The notes: generated by a model from the letters alone, not told the origin. A DNA stretch of 18,936 nucleotides from Candidatus Baldrarchaeum yapensis (GCA_016840465.1 JAEOSH010000047.1:1-18936); one strand, 5' to 3'. Positions 8,327 through 15,825 are shown, numbered from the stretch's first letter. Made by a program: numbers and translations.

Positions 8327-9223
8327 GTGATGGAGGTAGAGATAGAAAGGATACCGACTGGCGTTTCGAAACTCGATGAGCTATTATGTGGAGGCATACC
8401 TAGGGGTTTTTTTGTGGCCGTGACCGGACCGCCGGGCACCGGGAAGACCGTCCTTTGCATTCATTTTATCGGTGAGGGCCTCAAGCGTGGGGAACCATGC
8501 ATTTATGTAACTACAGAGGAAAGTAGGGAGAGCATAGTAAGGCAGGCGGCTCAGTTTGGCATGGACTTTGGGGATGCGCTGGAGATGGGTAACTTAATAG
8601 TAATAGACGCACTCATGAGGGAAGGTGGAGATCCCTGGACATTATACACGCTGGATGTTCGCTCTCTTGTCGATAAGATTATTGAGGCGAAGAAACATCT
8701 CGGATACGGACATGCAAGACTTGTGATTGATAGTCTAAGTGCATTTTGGCTTGATAAGCCAGCGGTAGCTCGAAGAGATAGTTATTTCGTGAAGAAAGTG
8801 TTGTTCCAGTGGGGATTCACAATATTGGCCATTAGCCAGTATGCGATCACAACCTCGGCCGCATTCGGCTTTGGCGTGGAGCACGTCGCCGATGGGATAA
8901 TAAGGTTCTTCAGGTCCCATAGATATGGGAAATTGAGGCGATTTTTGATGATAGAAAAGATGCGGCAGACCCCTCATGATACTAGGCTATGGGAAGTCGA
9001 AATCATTGACGGTAAGGGGATGATTTTGAAAGCACCGACCCCTCTCCGTGCGGAGGACGTTAGACTTCCAAGGCATGTCATGGAGAGGATCGCTGAAAGT
9101 GAACTCTATCAGGAGATTGTGGGCGAAATTTACGGTACATCGGCTACGGAGCAACCATTAGACGCGGAGATGAGGGGAAGCGGTGAGGATATCGAGCGAG
9201 AAAACAGCGGTCGAGGTCGATAA
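8327..9223 (+). CDS. Single-domain KaiC-like ATPase (resembles the archaeal PAE1156/TIGR03881-type family)
   Basis: IPTGVSKLDELLCGGIPRGFFVAVTGPPGTGKT (Walker A), YVTTEES, RLVIDSLSAFWLDKPA, SQYAITTS, VEHVADGII, IEKMRQT. Confidence 0.9.
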   Translation: MMEVEIERIPTGVSKLDELLCGGIPRGFFVAVTGPPGTGKTVLCIHFIGEGLKRGEPCIYVTTEESRESIVRQAAQFGMDFGDALEMGNLIVIDALMREGGDPWTLYTLDVRSLVDKIIEAKKHLGYGHARLVIDSLSAFWLDKPAVARRDSYFVKKVLFQWGFTILAISQYAITTSAAFGFGVEHVADGIIRFFRSHRYGKLRRFLMIEKMRQTPHDTRLWEVEIIDGKGMILKAPTPLRAEDVRLPRHVMERIAESELYQEIVGEIYGTSATEQPLDAEMRGSGEDIERENSGRGR

Positions 9224-10536
9224 TGAGAATACAAAGCCTTATATTGTCATGTTACGTAGAAGGCTTACCGCGGGTGGGGCATGTGTCACTGATAAATGTG
9301 CGCGTTCCCATAAGGAAGGACGACATGGAGAGGGCGCTAATAATCGCGCAGAACACGACAAGATACCTGATAGATCAGGCTGCGGAGAACATAAAGTACA
9401 CCTTTGAGACGCAGAGGGAGAAATTAGTGCATTTTCTCGACTTTCTCGCAAATTATGACAGAGGGAGAATACATTTTGCGGCGAGAGGAAGAAGTCTGTA
9501 TCTCGGGGCACGAACGCTTGCCGACCGCCTTATACAACTGGGGATAAACGCAGTTTACCCAACTCTCGAACAATATGTCGTGTACGATCCGAACGCATAT
9601 CTGAGCAAGGGCGATATGATAATATGTTTCAGCACGTCCGGCAAGACGATGAAAGTTGTGAAGAAGGCAAAATTTGGCAGGGAGATAGGATGTGAGGTTG
9701 TAGTTATAACCGGAAATTTAGACTCCCCGCTGGCATCCTTAGCTACAAAGTCCCCAATATTCTTACATCCGAAACATAACAGTGCACGTCTCCTCCAAGA
9801 TTACGAGGAGGAGTTCAAACCTATCACTCCACTTGGCACAACATCTGAGTTCACGCAATTGATATTTTCCGAAGCCATATCTAGGGGCCTTAAGGAAATC
9901 ATCGAAGAATCCCAGGACACCGAAAAGGCATATGAAGTTTCCCTCGAAACGGCCCTTGAGTTACTAAATAGGGCCAAGAGAAATACTAAGGTTGCTTACT
10001 CTCACAGGGAGGAGGTAAAGGAGTTTCTCGCAAACCTCATACTGAAGTATTACAGTCAGCAAACCGTACACTTCTGTGCCCGTGGGAAGACCTTCAATAT
10101 GGCTGTTGGCCCATTCAAAATGCGTCTCGATCAAATACCCCATGCCTTCGTAACGAGCATTTTGGACTTCGAACCATTAAACCGTCCGGTCCGTAAGGGG
10201 CAACTGACAATAGCCGTGAGTGGAAGCGGCGGCGCGTATACTATTGCGAAAATGGCAAAGGAAATGGGGAGTATGGTGATAGGAATCACCTCGTCAAAGA
10301 ATCAATTATGGGAAATCTCGGACGTAAAGATTCTGGTACCGGGAAGGAAAGACTCCGAAAACACCACAGATTGGGACATTAGGCAATGGAAAGGCTGGAG
10401 AGCCGACTTCGCCCCTGATGGTACGGAATTTGAAGTGTCCGCTGCTGCCTTTCTCGAGGGAATATTTGGAGGTCTCGTTGCCTACATAGGAATAGAAGAA
10501 AAAGATATGAGGGAGGGACACGCAAACATCGAATGA
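9223..10536 (+). CDS. Tandem SIS-domain protein resembling two fused 6-phospho-3-hexuloisomerase (PHI/HxlB) units; alternative start ATG9325
   Basis: Unit 1: IHFAARGRS, FSTSGKT, ITGNLDSPLA, PLGTTSE. Unit 2: VHFCARGKT, AVSGSG, GITS, PDGTEFE and C-terminal GHANIE, similar to the archaeal PHI HANLE end. Confidence 0.8.
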   Translation: MRIQSLILSCYVEGLPRVGHVSLINVRVPIRKDDMERALIIAQNTTRYLIDQAAENIKYTFETQREKLVHFLDFLANYDRGRIHFAARGRSLYLGARTLADRLIQLGINAVYPTLEQYVVYDPNAYLSKGDMIICFSTSGKTMKVVKKAKFGREIGCEVVVITGNLDSPLASLATKSPIFLHPKHNSARLLQDYEEEFKPITPLGTTSEFTQLIFSEAISRGLKEIIEESQDTEKAYEVSLETALELLNRAKRNTKVAYSHREEVKEFLANLILKYYSQQTVHFCARGKTFNMAVGPFKMRLDQIPHAFVTSILDFEPLNRPVRKGQLTIAVSGSGGAYTIAKMAKEMGSMVIGITSSKNQLWEISDVKILVPGRKDSENTTDWDIRQWKGWRADFAPDGTEFEVSAAAFLEGIFGGLVAYIGIEEKDMREGHANIE

Positions 10537-11493
10537 TCACTTAGACGAGAGAAGATTTCTAATATCCTTGAGATTCAGCTTCTTAGTGAGTTCCTTGTAG
10601 CGGTTTCTCACCGTAACCTCCGTAACATGTGCAACCTCCGCGATTTGCCTTTGTGTTCTTCTCTCACCACCAAGTATACCTGCCACATAGAGGGCAGCTG
10701 CCGCAAGCCCCGAAGGATCTTTTCCTGCAGTAATTCCAGCCTTTTCAGCCCTATCTAAAATCTCTATTGCAAGCCTCTGGATGTATGGGGAAAGGTTCAA
10801 CTCCGCCGCAAACCTCGGCACGAAATGCTTCGCGGTCGGTCTCGGGAAGTCCTGTTGTAACTTCCTTATCAACACTCTGACACATTTCGAAACGTCTTTC
10901 CTAGAAGCCTTTGCATGCTCGACTATTTCATCAAGCGGTCTGGGTATCCTATGAAGTCTCGATGCGAGGTAAATCGCAGCAGCGGCCATTGCACTAACCG
11001 GATATCCGCGTGTTAACCTTTTCTCGACTGCCTTTCTATAAATTAGCGCAGCTGTCTCTCTTAACTCGTTAGAAACACTAAGCTGGCTTGCAATTCTGTT
11101 TAACTCTATAAGACCGTCTGTCAGGCTCCTTTTAACCATAGTGCGTACGTTCCAGCGACGTAACCTGTATATCTGGGCCCTCTTTGATGGTGATAGCTTT
11201 CTACCGTGAGCGTCCCTATCTGACCAACTAATCGTGGTACTGAGACCCTTATCGGCGAATCTAAAACTTGAAGGTGCTCCAACACGCGCTCTCTTTTCCA
11301 ACTCTTCGTGAGTGAACGCTCTCCACTCGGGTCCCATATCAACAAGATGATCAGTGATCACAAGTCCACAATTCGAGCATATGAGTTCTCCTCTGACAGG
11401 ATCTCTCAGAATTTCCTTAGATCCACACTCCGGACACTTTAGATCTTCCCTACCTTCACGCATACCATTTTTTTCATTTGTACCCGTAGACAT
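10537..11493 (-). CDS. tfb: Transcription initiation factor IIB (TFB)
   Basis: Zn ribbon CPECG...CSNCG, B-reader GPEWRAF, two cyclin repeats, GKDPSGLAAAALY, VTEVTVRNRYKEL. SD GGAGGT spacing favours ATG11493. Confidence 0.96.
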   Translation of the reverse strand: MSTGTNEKNGMREGREDLKCPECGSKEILRDPVRGELICSNCGLVITDHLVDMGPEWRAFTHEELEKRARVGAPSSFRFADKGLSTTISWSDRDAHGRKLSPSKRAQIYRLRRWNVRTMVKRSLTDGLIELNRIASQLSVSNELRETAALIYRKAVEKRLTRGYPVSAMAAAAIYLASRLHRIPRPLDEIVEHAKASRKDVSKCVRVLIRKLQQDFPRPTAKHFVPRFAAELNLSPYIQRLAIEILDRAEKAGITAGKDPSGLAAAALYVAGILGGERRTQRQIAEVAHVTEVTVRNRYKELTKKLNLKDIRNLLSSK

Positions 11494-11551
11494 GAACATA
11501 CCTCCTAAACTTTAATTCGAGCATCAAATCGTTGCGCAAACACGTCAACCC

Positions 11552-11601
11552 TCAGAAGCATCTCCGGTCATTACAATTTCGGTCGCGTGCGCAGGCATCA
11601 T
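11552..11601 (-). ncRNA. Candidate C/D box sRNA or K-turn element in the tfb leader
   Basis: ATGATGC (C) - 12 nt - CCGA (D') - AATT - GTAATGA (C') - 12 nt - CTGA (D), 50 nt in total. All three minus-strand frames here are short or lack starts. Confidence 0.5.
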
Positions 11602-11714
11602 CGAAATCTTCAGAAGTAACATCATCCGGTAGGAAATGTCATCACAACATCATCAGATGCTCATTGTAATACTAAGTTTCAAGATCCAGTATTCCAAAAA
11701 TTTTAATTATCATA

Positions 11715-11730
11715 TTTATAAACCTTTCGC
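11715..11730 (-). promoter_or_regulatory. BRE-TATA promoter upstream of tfb
   Basis: Minus strand GCGAAAGG-TTTATAAA. Implies a start near 11690 and a leader of about 200 nt. Confidence 0.6.
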
Positions 11731-12004
11731 AAGGTATAAAAGAAGAATCTCGCACCTGTGACCCTTCTCATTACAAAATATTATCGCCAGTACTTGAAAT
11801 TACTAATAAGAATTACGGTCTCGATTGTTGGGGTTTTCCGAGCCCTTATGTGGATGTTTTGAGAAGAAGAGAAAGATCGATCGGTATGCTGAGAAAACGG
11901 AGCACGATGGCGATACGTTTTCGGTATTAGAAGTTGTAAATTTTTGGAACAAATAAAGCAAGTTATTCGTGAAAGGATACATTTTATAATTCGCTAGTTG
12001 TATT

Positions 12005-12922
12005 GTGTTATTTAGTAATACCAATCAGGTGTTCAGTGTGTATCATGACAATAATAGATTTCGCGTCAGAACATACGGCGATCCACCGCCACATTACCGT
12101 ATAACCATAATTGAAGAATTAGAGCGATGCTATAGAAAAATCGGGCAACCACCTCACCCTCCTGAGATTCTAATCATAGATACCGAGGAGAACCTGTTTA
12201 ACTTCTTCAAGCAGGAGGAAAATCGTCTTTCAAAACTTAATGGAACACAAATATCAAACATGTTGCCTGAAAGTTCGGTGATGCATTTCGCATGGAGAGG
12301 ATGGCCAACCATAGTAATATGCGTCGAACGAATGGAAAATCGGCCAAAACGAGTGGCGATAGCAGAGCTGGAAAGAGCAGCAGCGCACTCGGTTCTTCAT
12401 GGAACCCCCGAGTGTTATATGATACCCCTTCCACCTTCCTTCATGAGCCTACAAACAAACGGTTTCTTCTGCGAAACAACTCTGGGACTCTGTTTCTATA
12501 TACTCGCGGCCGGGGTTAAGGACTTTGAAGTGACTCGGAAACTCATAATATCCGATGAACGCTTCAGAAGAAATCAGGAACAGTTGTACATATTTCTACT
12601 CAGAATGAGTGATGAAGAATGCGAACTGTGGAGGCTCGCGGGATGTAACATAGATTTATGTGCAGTGATGCTAGCAGATACATTTAAGACCCTCGCGGGC
12701 GCGACCCCCCTCGTGATAAACGGATGTAGCAAGGAACTTATGGAATTATACGAGAAAAACATCTCGGTACTCCCTTATGGTCTCCGTCACGAAATGTATC
12801 TTGTGCTACTCGGAAGACTTCCATCCTTGGGCTATAACACCATAAAAAACGTGAATATGATCGCCGAGGAATTCGTACAACTCCTACAAAGATACATGAG
12901 TGGACACATCTTCCTCTTCTAA
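12005..12922 (+). CDS. Hypothetical protein with possible degenerate zincin-like motif
   Basis: 305-aa ORF with protein-like composition, containing HFAWRGWP and ERAAAHSVLHGTPECY. Start uncertain. Confidence 0.7.
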   Translation: MLFSNTNQVFSVYHDNNRFRVRTYGDPPPHYRITIIEELERCYRKIGQPPHPPEILIIDTEENLFNFFKQEENRLSKLNGTQISNMLPESSVMHFAWRGWPTIVICVERMENRPKRVAIAELERAAAHSVLHGTPECYMIPLPPSFMSLQTNGFFCETTLGLCFYILAAGVKDFEVTRKLIISDERFRRNQEQLYIFLLRMSDEECELWRLAGCNIDLCAVMLADTFKTLAGATPLVINGCSKELMELYEKNISVLPYGLRHEMYLVLLGRLPSLGYNTIKNVNMIAEEFVQLLQRYMSGHIFLF

Positions 12923-12980
12923 CATTAAAAGTTAAAACCGGAGAAGAGATCTGCGCATCCCCTACCTCCAACCTGTGTCC

Positions 12981-12988
12981 TTTAAATA
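12981..12988 (+). promoter_or_regulatory. Putative TATA box for the Cys-rich gene cluster
   Basis: TTTAAATA about 45 nt upstream of GTG13031, with SD AGGAGG in between. No clear BRE. Confidence 0.4.
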
Positions 12989-13030
12989 CTAACCCTCAAA
13001 AATATTGGTGAGACCTTAGGAGGCTGTCGC

Positions 13031-14077
13031 GTGGAATTAGTGGAAAAATTCCGCGAAATTATGAGGCGTAAATTCAATATGGAATTTGATGAGGAGTCAC
13101 TAAAAAGAATACGCGAGTCATTTGTAGAAAAAGTACTGGAGAAGGACACTATTGTGTCGCTCTCCTGCGAAGTCGCTGGTGAATCGGAAATTTTAGCACA
13201 ACACTTCGATCAACTTCTCACAATTGGATGTGCACTAAGTTTACTTGTTCTCTTTAAGGATGATGATGATGTATTTCATGAACTTGGACGAGTGTGGGCA
13301 AGAATATGTAAAGAGTGTGCTAAGAGCATAGGCAAAGAACCAGCAAACATGATATGCGACGCAATAGGAACCCTGTTTGCCCTACATTTCCCCAGACTTG
13401 CAGATATATTCGGAAGAAGGGTAGTAATATCGGCACACCTTTACGTTCGAAAGCGAGATTTAAAACTCCACATCGAAGAGGGCAAAAAACTAAAAGTTGT
13501 TTCAAGAGAACTCGATGACGAGCAGAGGTTTGAAATGAAGGTCGTGTGTGAAGAGTGCGGAAAAACTCTCGTAGCAATAAGATTCCCAAAGGCAAGAAAC
13601 AAAAGGAAAGGAAAAAGAATATTGGCAAACTCCATAAGGCTCCTTTGTCTCATCCTGCATATTTCAAACGGTGAGAATGTGCAGGTGAAACCCTTTTGGC
13701 ATCTATCGGATACCTCAGAAACCATAACCCTCAGATTCTTCTGTGAAGAATGTGGGGTCTTCTTCTTCGATCTCGATATCCCCATCGGTAAACCCAAGCG
13801 CCTGCTCAACGTCGCCTATGGCATTGCGGAATCCCTTTACATGCTCTTAGGTTCCTCAATAGAGAACGTCCCACCATGGCTCTTTAATAGAATCGTCGAC
13901 GTCAGTACTCTCTACGTCTCCTCCGCAAACGTGAGTACAAGGCGATACCTCCAAGAAATAGAAGAATGCATTTCAATAGCGGAAGAAGAAGGCCTGCCCG
14001 AGCACATAAAGAACATAATAAAAAGTTTCGCATCCCGTATAATTAGGGAAAAGGAAGGCGCCGAGTACATAATATGA
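13031..14077 (+). CDS. Hypothetical protein with two repeated LHI...CEECG units
   Basis: 348-aa ORF with SD AGGAGG, CEECG at 13547 and 13742, and an additional CKEC. Confidence 0.8.
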   Translation: MELVEKFREIMRRKFNMEFDEESLKRIRESFVEKVLEKDTIVSLSCEVAGESEILAQHFDQLLTIGCALSLLVLFKDDDDVFHELGRVWARICKECAKSIGKEPANMICDAIGTLFALHFPRLADIFGRRVVISAHLYVRKRDLKLHIEEGKKLKVVSRELDDEQRFEMKVVCEECGKTLVAIRFPKARNKRKGKRILANSIRLLCLILHISNGENVQVKPFWHLSDTSETITLRFFCEECGVFFFDLDIPIGKPKRLLNVAYGIAESLYMLLGSSIENVPPWLFNRIVDVSTLYVSSANVSTRRYLQEIEECISIAEEEGLPEHIKNIIKSFASRIIREKEGAEYII

Positions 14078-14415
14078 TTAAAATCGATAAAATTGCTAAT
14101 GCTCGAATGGAGCACGAAACCATGACTGTGAGCAAGGAAAATACTCTTCGGCGGATTGTAGGGGCCTGCGGAGTGCTATGCGAAGCATGTCCACTATTCA
14201 GAAGAAGGGAGAACAGATGCTTGGGCTGCGTTGAATATAACGAAAGATGTGCGAAGGAAGGAAAAACTATATGTAAATTTTATGCATGCGCGAAAAGGAA
14301 GTCCGTTGGTATGTGCTTCTACTGCGACGAATTTCCATGCACCTTACATTATGAAGATGGAATATATACAACTCGCATTCTAAATCTGTGGAAGTCTCTC
14401 CTCGGAAAAGAATAA
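14074..14415 (+). CDS. DUF3795-like Cys-rich protein (start possibly ATG14122)
   Basis: GACGVLCEAC...CLGC...C..YACA......CFYCDEFPC. Confidence 0.8.
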   Translation: MIKIDKIANARMEHETMTVSKENTLRRIVGACGVLCEACPLFRRRENRCLGCVEYNERCAKEGKTICKFYACAKRKSVGMCFYCDEFPCTLHYEDGIYTTRILNLWKSLLGKE

Positions 14416-14430
14416 AATGGCGATCAAAAA

Positions 14431-14910
14431 ATGCCGTTTACCTGCATAAGATGCGGTAAGTGCTGCACCGAAACTGAAATGCTACTGCTGGAGGAAGATA
14501 TTGCAAGGCTTGAGTCGCTAGGACACAATAGGTCTGAGTTCTCACTCATTAGAAGAGACGGCCTCGTGCAACTCAAAAACGTCAATGGCCATTGTTACTT
14601 CTTCGACCCCGCTACGAGAAGGTGTAAGGTGTACGAGTGGAGACCCCTAGGATGCCGCTTTTACCCAATAATATACTCGATAACCGAGGATAAATGCGTG
14701 CCTGACAAGGACTGTCCTATGTCTCACACAGTATCGCCCGAGGAGATAAAAAGAGCATGCCCTCATCTTAGAAAGCTCGTCAAGCAACTCATTGCAGAGG
14801 CCCACATCCGTAAGTTGCTGTTCTCAGGTGATTACTATGAACATGACAAAAAGGATTATAAAGTTTGCAAGAAGACTAGGCGTGGACATAATAGGCATAG
14901 CGGACGTTAA
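14431..14910 (+). CDS. YkgJ/UPF0153-family CxxCxxCC putative Fe-S or Zn cluster protein
   Basis: FTCIRCGKCC...CYFFD...CKVYEWRPLGCRFYP. Confidence 0.85.
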   Translation: MPFTCIRCGKCCTETEMLLLEEDIARLESLGHNRSEFSLIRRDGLVQLKNVNGHCYFFDPATRRCKVYEWRPLGCRFYPIIYSITEDKCVPDKDCPMSHTVSPEEIKRACPHLRKLVKQLIAEAHIRKLLFSGDYYEHDKKDYKVCKKTRRGHNRHSGR

Positions 14911-15508
14911 ACATTTTAAAGCAGCACCTGAAGATCAGAAACCGGAGAATATACTACCAAACGCGAATACTGTCATCGTAGTTGGAATAAAACTGCTAGA
15001 CGCGGTGGTCGAAACCGCACCAAGCAGAGAGTACGCGATACACTACATGGTAGTCAATGAGGAGCTTAATAGGATAGCTTACCACTTAGCCCGTCATATA
15101 GAAAAAATGGGGTACGAGGCCGTGCCGATTCCCGCCTCCTCCCCATACGATGAGAGAAACCTTAAGGGGAGCATATCACATAGACATGCAGCAATGCTTG
15201 CAGGTATCGGGTGGATAGGTAAGAGTTCTCTCCTCATATCGCCAGAATACGGACCGCGCATCCGTCTAGTATCAATAATTACTGCAGCCCCTCTCACCCC
15301 TAATGAGCCCTTCGGGCAAAACCTATGTGGAGACTGCAATATTTGTGAGAAGTATTGTCCGACAAACGCCATTAAGGATAGTAATTTGAATAAGACGGCA
15401 TGCGTCTCTTACATGAGAAAATTGCAAAAAGATCTCGGAATTAACGATCTCATATGTGGCATATGCGTAAAGGTTTGCCCCTATGGCAGAAAAACCCGCA
15501 AAACATAA
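14837..15508 (+). CDS. QueG/reductive-dehalogenase-like 4Fe-4S protein (putatively cobamide-binding)
   Basis: GVDIIGIA, SHRHAAMLAGIGWIGKSSLLISPEYGPRIRL, CGDCNICEKYCP and CGICVKVCP. SD GGTGAT precedes ATG14837/14843. Confidence 0.85.
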   Translation: MNMTKRIIKFARRLGVDIIGIADVKHFKAAPEDQKPENILPNANTVIVVGIKLLDAVVETAPSREYAIHYMVVNEELNRIAYHLARHIEKMGYEAVPIPASSPYDERNLKGSISHRHAAMLAGIGWIGKSSLLISPEYGPRIRLVSIITAAPLTPNEPFGQNLCGDCNICEKYCPTNAIKDSNLNKTACVSYMRKLQKDLGINDLICGICVKVCPYGRKTRKT

Positions 15509-15516
15509 TAATCTTG

Positions 15517-15683
15517 TGGCCCCGGGGATCCAGGCGGCGCAACAGGGAATTTCAACGGGTGGGGCAAGGGATCATGGAGGCACCAGACTCTTAGTGATAA
15601 GGGATGCCCCAGAAGGCGCCCGCACCCGCATCGGGACGCCCTGGGTGCCCAAGGAGAGGTAATGTCCTGGATCCCCGGGGCCA
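15517..15683. ncRNA. GC-rich structured element closed by a perfect 18-bp inverted repeat (unknown ncRNA or MITE)
   Basis: TGGCCCCGGGGATCCAGG (15517-15534) pairs with CCTGGATCCCCGGGGCCA (15666-15683). 109/167 G+C (65%, hand count). Several internal helices. Confidence 0.6.
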
Positions 15684-15704
15684 TGTATAATTCTGCATAA
15701 CGTC

Positions 15705-15712
15705 ATATAAAA
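15705..15712 (-). promoter_or_regulatory. Putative TATA box pointing into the structured element
   Basis: Minus strand TTTTATAT ends 22 nt before the element edge, matching archaeal TATA-to-start spacing. BRE is weak. Confidence 0.4.
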
Positions 15713-15825
15713 TGATTATGTTGGAGGAAGAGGTACCAGTATTTCATGTGTATAGTATCACTATGACATGTTTGTGATGAGAAGTGATATTTTGGATCTC
15801 TTTTTAAAATCCCCGTGATAATGCA

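Noticed and set aside
8327-9223. Circadian clock interpretation of the KaiC-like gene
   Set aside because: Single-domain protein with no kaiA or kaiB in the window; nothing supports an oscillator.
14837-14910. 74-nt overlap of the YkgJ-like and QueG-like ORFs as a programmed frameshift or fusion
   Set aside because: The QueG-like gene has its own SD and ATG, and the YkgJ tail looks like simple stop-codon drift. No slippery site is evident.
15541-15565. AACAGGGAA...CGGGTG resembling a cobalamin riboswitch next to a QueG-like gene
   Set aside because: The remaining conserved riboswitch elements are absent or out of order, and the element lies 3' of both flanking genes.
15551-15590. TCATGGAGGC..AGAC resembling IS200/IS605 TnpB-associated RNA
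   Set aside because: Similarity is short and from memory. No tnpB remnant is adjacent, and a long terminal inverted repeat is not typical of that family. A covariance-model search could revisit this.
15481-15684. 67-aa minus-strand ORF across the structured element
   Set aside because: Pro/Gly-rich product of GC-rich sequence; the base-pairing pattern explains the region better.
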